A stretch of DNA of 5,906 nucleotides from an uncultured archaeon (GTDB taxonomy: Archaea; Iainarchaeota; Iainarchaeia; Iainarchaeales; 0-14-0-20-30-16). Numbering within the stretch: position 1 is the first letter of the stretch; every line of letters begins with the position of its first letter. Positions 5,821 to 5,906 of this stretch are shown here, in pieces. Both the position numbers and the translations under genes were made by a program. The notes beneath the pieces were generated by a model. The model was not told the origin of the DNA. It saw nothing but the letters and a program-made list of their open reading frames with translations, and ran no database searches. Where the stretch lies: positions 1 to 5,906 of the forward strand of contig CAZMCX010000050.1 of NCBI GenBank assembly GCA_964565125.1. The letters run 5' to 3'.

Positions 5821-5847
5821 CTTTCTTTCTTTTTTAAAGAAAGAAAG
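5821..5847. repeat. Perfect 12-bp inverted repeat, (CTTT)3 / (AAAG)3, with a TTT loop
   Basis: ctttctttcttt (5821-5832), ttt (5833-5835), aaagaaagaaag (5836-5847). All 12 positions pair as Watson-Crick. The repeat directly abuts the GC-rich island. Its function is unknown. Confidence 0.9.
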
Positions 5848-5906
5848 GCATAGTACGACCTCGGTGGGACCCGAACACCGCTTTTGAAAAAAGCAGTGGC
5901 GCAAAA
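5847..5906. ncRNA. GC-rich, hairpin-forming segment truncated by the right window edge; possible fragment of a structural RNA, identity and strand unresolved
   Basis: By my count 5847-5902 has 32 G+C of 56 nt (57%) and 5847-5880 has 22 of 34 (65%), against a background near 30%. Hairpin H1 is cggtg (5862-5866) / caccg (5876-5880) with a 9-nt loop. Hairpin H2 is gctttt (5880-5885) / aaaagc (5889-5894), extendable by cac (5876-5878) / gtg (5896-5898). The strings GGCATAG and CCCGAACACCG resemble 5S rRNA loop A and loop C motifs, but the helix II pairing expected for 5S is not visible. Confidence 0.3.

Noticed and set aside
5775-5837. 20-codon plus-strand mini-ORF MWTLCPLFLSLGELTAFFLF
   Set aside because: It is built almost entirely from the hairpin and the (TTTC)n repeats. 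There is no ribosome-binding or promoter signal, and it is too short to support without conservation or expression data.
5847-5906. tRNA call, based on anticodon-arm-like folds: TTTTCAA loop (UUC, Glu) on the minus strand or TTGAAAA loop (GAA, Phe) on the plus strand
   Set aside because: Neither strand yields a proper cloverleaf. The only T-arm-like stem (CGGTG/CACCG) has a 9-nt loop and leaves no variable region. No D-arm partner or acceptor pairing could be built, and the 6-bp GCTTTT/AAAAGC stem prefers a 3-nt loop.
5847-5906. Confident 5S rRNA annotation
   Set aside because: Only two short motif resemblances support it. The loop C region would be about 8 nt too short, and the helix II 3' strand complementary to GTACGACCT is not present in the visible sequence. 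It is kept only as a low-confidence hypothesis.
1-5906. CRISPR arrays, transposase or integrase genes, and terminal inverted repeats of a mobile element
   Set aside because: No spaced direct repeats of CRISPR type and no recombinase-like ORFs are present in any frame. The only repeats are the short hairpins and the 11-mer at 5777-5847.

Overview
AT-rich window (roughly 70% A+T by eye) with three co-directional minus-strand genes and a short GC-rich, structure-prone element at the right edge. The dominant feature is missing from the supplied ORF track. I checked every plus-strand triplet in phase 1 (1-3, 4-6, ...) and found no tta/cta/tca, meaning no minus-strand stop, from position 1 to 4701. 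That is 1567 consecutive sense codons. The first ATG is at 4590, so the protein is at least 1530 aa and runs off the left edge, which is probably why a closed-ORF track omitted it. It has a 40-aa N-terminal leader, one very hydrophobic transmembrane/signal-anchor helix, and then a long ectodomain. The ectodomain holds at least five carboxypeptidase-regulatory-like (PEGA-type) beta-sandwich modules plus about 900 aa that I cannot assign to any family. Two diverged tandem paralogs of an unusually small GNAT acetyltransferase sit just upstream (4680-5159 and 5226-5684/5714). In both, the N-terminal half of the fold is replaced by a highly charged helix. The gene boundaries look archaeal rather than bacterial: TATA-like boxes about 26-30 nt before two of the ATGs, T7 runs directly after stop codons, and no hairpin terminators. 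This fits a small-genome, DPANN-like archaeal (or CPR-like) origin, but that is inference. The right end carries two perfect hairpins, a (TTTC)n direct repeat and a 56-nt island of 57% G+C that is cut by the window edge and may be part of a structural RNA. I saw no CRISPR array, transposase, integrase or confident tRNA/rRNA. The plus-strand ORFs in the track are antisense shadows.
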